Source of the DNA: Paramecium tetraurelia
Lineage: Eukaryota
NCBI GenBank assembly: GCA_000165425.1
Contig: CT868010.1
Coordinates: forward strand, 248,001-275,544
DNA length: 27,544 nucleotides
Direction: 5' to 3'
Made by a program: the position numbers and the translations under genes. Each line of letters starts with the position of its first letter. Position 1 is the stretch's first letter. Positions 24,201-27,544 of the stretch are shown here, in pieces. A model generated the notes under the pieces. The model made no database searches, was not told the DNA's origin, and saw nothing but the letters and a program-made list of their open reading frames with translations.

Positions 24201-26309
24201 GTATTGCGAACCTTGAAACAATAAAGTCTGGTATTATGACTCCTTATAGAAAAGGAAATACTTCTGTCAGAATAATGAAAAGCTGAAATTTAAATTGGAT
24301 ACTGAGCTTCTGATGCAATAGTTGTATTTCACTCCTACTTAGAGAGAGGGAGTTTTAATTCTGGCTTGTTGAACAATATTTTAGTTAATTCTATTAGTAT
24401 TATTTCTTATCAAGATTGTTGATAGATCGATACTTATTGTTATAGAAAATAATTTTCTAAATTGGCTTTTTATCAATCTGCCTGCCTATCGAACCAATTA
24501 AAAAGCGTTATATCATAAGAATAGGGAATTAGAGCCACAAGCCAGATAAAGAAAATAAATTAATTTGATTGAGAATTAAATTTCTGATTTGCTATATTTA
24601 TAAGGAGGTTCTTAGTATAATTTCAAAAATATAAAATATCAATGTTGTAGTTTAGATATATTTGGAGATTATGAAGGTTAACGTAAATTCATACAAAAAG
24701 CTTTAAATTATTGAAACTAGAAACTATTTTCCGACTATTAAGCTCTTGTTATTTAGATTAAAATCATTACTTTTGAGAGGCAAGCAATATCATCATTATC
24801 AAATACTTAACATTTTAAAATAGTATCATTTATGTATTCCTTTACCTCTTCTTTTAAATGAGACGTTTTACATTTGAGAAAGCCTCCTATGTACCCCTAA
24901 TGAATAATTTGAATTATCCTCATTTTCTTGAAATTGAAAATTTTATAATGTTAAAGTTTCTGACTATCAAACAGTTATTTCCTTAGCAAATGCCTAATTT
25001 ATAGTTCAAGTTTGATCTTGCCTCGTTATTAATAAAGTTATCTAACATTAGATAGTCCTATTTTAGTAAGGAATGCGTTTTTGACTTGTTCGAAGGAACA
25101 TTAAGTTCCACATATCATTTCCTAACTTTCTAATGTCCAAAGTTAGGCAGTATTTGATTTTGTAAATAAAACTAAAATTAAAATCAATTTCATTAATAAT
25201 TCTTTAATTATCCTTTGAAATTTATCTAAGCAATTTCCCTTCGTTTTTTTTGAGCATCTTGAAATAAGCAACATAACCATTTTTCTATGATATCTTAAAT
25301 AATTTAGTCGCTTAGGATATATTTAAAATTTATAAACCTTCGCCAATTTTTTAAATGATTGTATTAAGAACTGAAGATCGAAATCTAAAGGCCATATATT
25401 ATTCATCTGTCTATTTGGCATGGATTTTACGAGTTCATATTTATTGCCATTTCTGCAAATTTCATTTTCAAAAGAGAGACCACACGTTCGCAATTAGGTC
25501 AAATGTGCAATGGTAAAAGCCTATAAAGATTTCATTTGATTATATACAAATTCATTTTCACTTTCACATTTTCCTATGTTCAGTACTATTACTTCAATGA
25601 AGGTTATAATCTATAACGGTTTTCTATTTGTTACTTATTCTAGCACAATAATTTAGCTTGTACTTAAAATGAATTACTATTAGATGGATCAATTCTGAAC
25701 CTAAAAGCAGGTTACTTATACAAACCATGATTTTCAAGATCATTAATAATTCTTATTCTCTTTCCTACTTCTTAAGGTGAGTATCCCCAAATCAGTAGAA
25801 GTTGAGATTATTAAATTTAGAAAGACTATAAATTTGTAGTATTTTGAGTAATCATCTTTTGTTCTATTTAAAAAAATGTTTCATGCCTTAAAGTCTACTT
25901 AACTGCCGAAATAATAACTCTTCATTCTTTTGATGAAAGCACTTTATTGTATATAACACTTATGCAAAGAAGGCTTGAACTATTCGGTTACTATACCGAT
26001 GCACCACTAGGGAGATTGAGGATGATATTACCATTATCAAACAAATAAACTGCAATAAAGTCCAGCACCCAGAAAATTTCAGGAAAGTTAACCAAGCAAA
26101 TCCTATGATGTATCATAAAATTAATTTAAAAGACAACGCGAAATTCATTGGCTATACTAAATCAGTTATGTTGTTAAATAAAAACATATTGAATTAGTTG
26201 GAAAGCAATTTGAGTTGATTAAATAATATAATATTTTAGATGAGATTTAAATTATATATTAAGATATTTATTAGAAATGAATTTTAAGTTAACTAATAAT
26301 AATAATTAA

Positions 26310-26700
26310 TCATGAATTGCTAATATCTAAACCCTGGCTAGAGATAAACGTGATACTAATACACTCTTTAATTTTCCTTATGCAATGGATGCAGTTAATA
26401 TTCTCTACTCTGACACTACTTAATGTGCATCAATTTTATACTTACTTCCTTGTATACTGCTTTATGTTTGAATCTGGATGATAGTTCCCAATTTACATTT
26501 ATATGTGCTGTTCAACATTTACTGTATTTATTGTGAAGAACCTATTGTGATGAATGTAATAACAATTATTCTATAAGAAAATAGCTCATGATTAACTTTG
26601 AATAATTATACAAAAAAGTTCTCCTAACCTTACAATATGTACTGCTAATAATACTTGCACAAGATCTAGTTCGATGTTTAGGCTCTCGTATACAAAATTC
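26310..26700 (+). pseudogene. Possible remnant of a Cys-rich (furin/EGF-like) surface protein gene
   Basis: Scattered Cys-rich snippets in different frames (MNCQYL, CNGCS, YCDECNNNY, TICTANNTCT) separated by TGAs and frameshifts. Weak evidence. Confidence 0.25.
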
Positions 26701-27544
26701 ATTATAGTTCCCTTGCATAGTATAGTTTAATTTATTTAGGTATCCAAATTTGCATAGCCTAAATTTATTATCTTTATTGTAGAATTAATTCTCCAAAGCC
26801 ATAATTAACTTATAAGACTTAGAGACCTTAAGAAAAGTTGGTTAAGGGATGCAGAATAAGCATGATTTATGCTGAGTCAAGATTCTTGGATAAGGAATTA
26901 TTGGTGGATGTTGCTGTATAGTCCAATTCTGCTTGAGTTAGTTTTAGAATGGATCTAACTTCTTAAAGGCAAACAGAAGGGGCAATCCTTAGATCATCTT
27001 AGGGATTGCTCTAATAAGCCTCATTCAAGGGTCATGTGAGAATAACCTTCTAGAATTTGGACCCATCCAAAAGACAACGAGATATGGACTGAGAAACTTA
27101 GGAACGGATTTTGTCATTTCATATACATGTATTGCATTAATCTGCTTCAGAATTATCCTTTATATTTAAAATGTTGTATTATTGAACTATTGCTATATGC
27201 TCAGTAAATAGAGATTTTATGATCCATTGATAAGTTACTTCATGATATTGTTGCTGCGATTAATCTTAATTTCTGGATTTAATGGTATCTTTAAAACTGT
27301 TTATGTTTCTTCAAATCATTATCTCTTAATTTACATTGGTTGGGTATAATTCACTAGATAAATGGAGTTAATAGGTTTTATCTGTTGATTATGTAAATGC
27401 CGTTAGGCAATCTACTTAATTTTATATTGTTTTAATTAATATTAAAGTTTGTGTTTTTGTGGGCGACTAATTCCTCTACAGAAAATGAAGCAACTAATCA
27501 GCACGAAGAGATCTCTATGTTTTGTCTGGGCTAAATTCCCAACC

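Noticed and set aside
1..27544. CRISPR arrays, tRNA/rRNA genes, intact transposase or reverse transcriptase, prokaryotic operon or defence system
   Set aside because: By eye I saw no repeat-spacer array, cloverleaf, rRNA signature, DDE/RT motif or terminal inverted repeat. The adjacent genes are functionally unrelated eukaryotic genes.

Overview
AT-rich eukaryotic DNA from a ciliate, most likely Paramecium (probably macronuclear). TAA/TAG read as Gln inside conserved domains, TGA is the only stop, introns are 21-31 nt GT..AG, and several intergenic gaps are under 65 nt. The supplied standard-code ORF track therefore shows only fragments or artefacts. Positions 1-16.5 kb are densely packed with genes: a CGFS glutaredoxin, Rib72/EFHC1, a histidine phosphatase, a bacterial-type L-2-hydroxyglutarate oxidase, a CAMK-group kinase, a Ran-binding-domain protein, a MORN protein, a trichocyst-matrix-like protein, a tesmin/TSO1 CXC protein, an AGC kinase, eIF2B-beta and a few hypothetical proteins. 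From about 16.5 kb to the end I found no intact gene, only decayed coding remnants (clearest: a WD40 pseudogene) and two unexplained GC-richer islands. I cannot support a new multi-gene system. The best leads are a 234-codon ORF with one in-frame TGA in a CxxU context, the bacterial-type LhgO, and the 11-kb gene desert. All translations were done by eye, with no database search, so exon boundaries are predictions.
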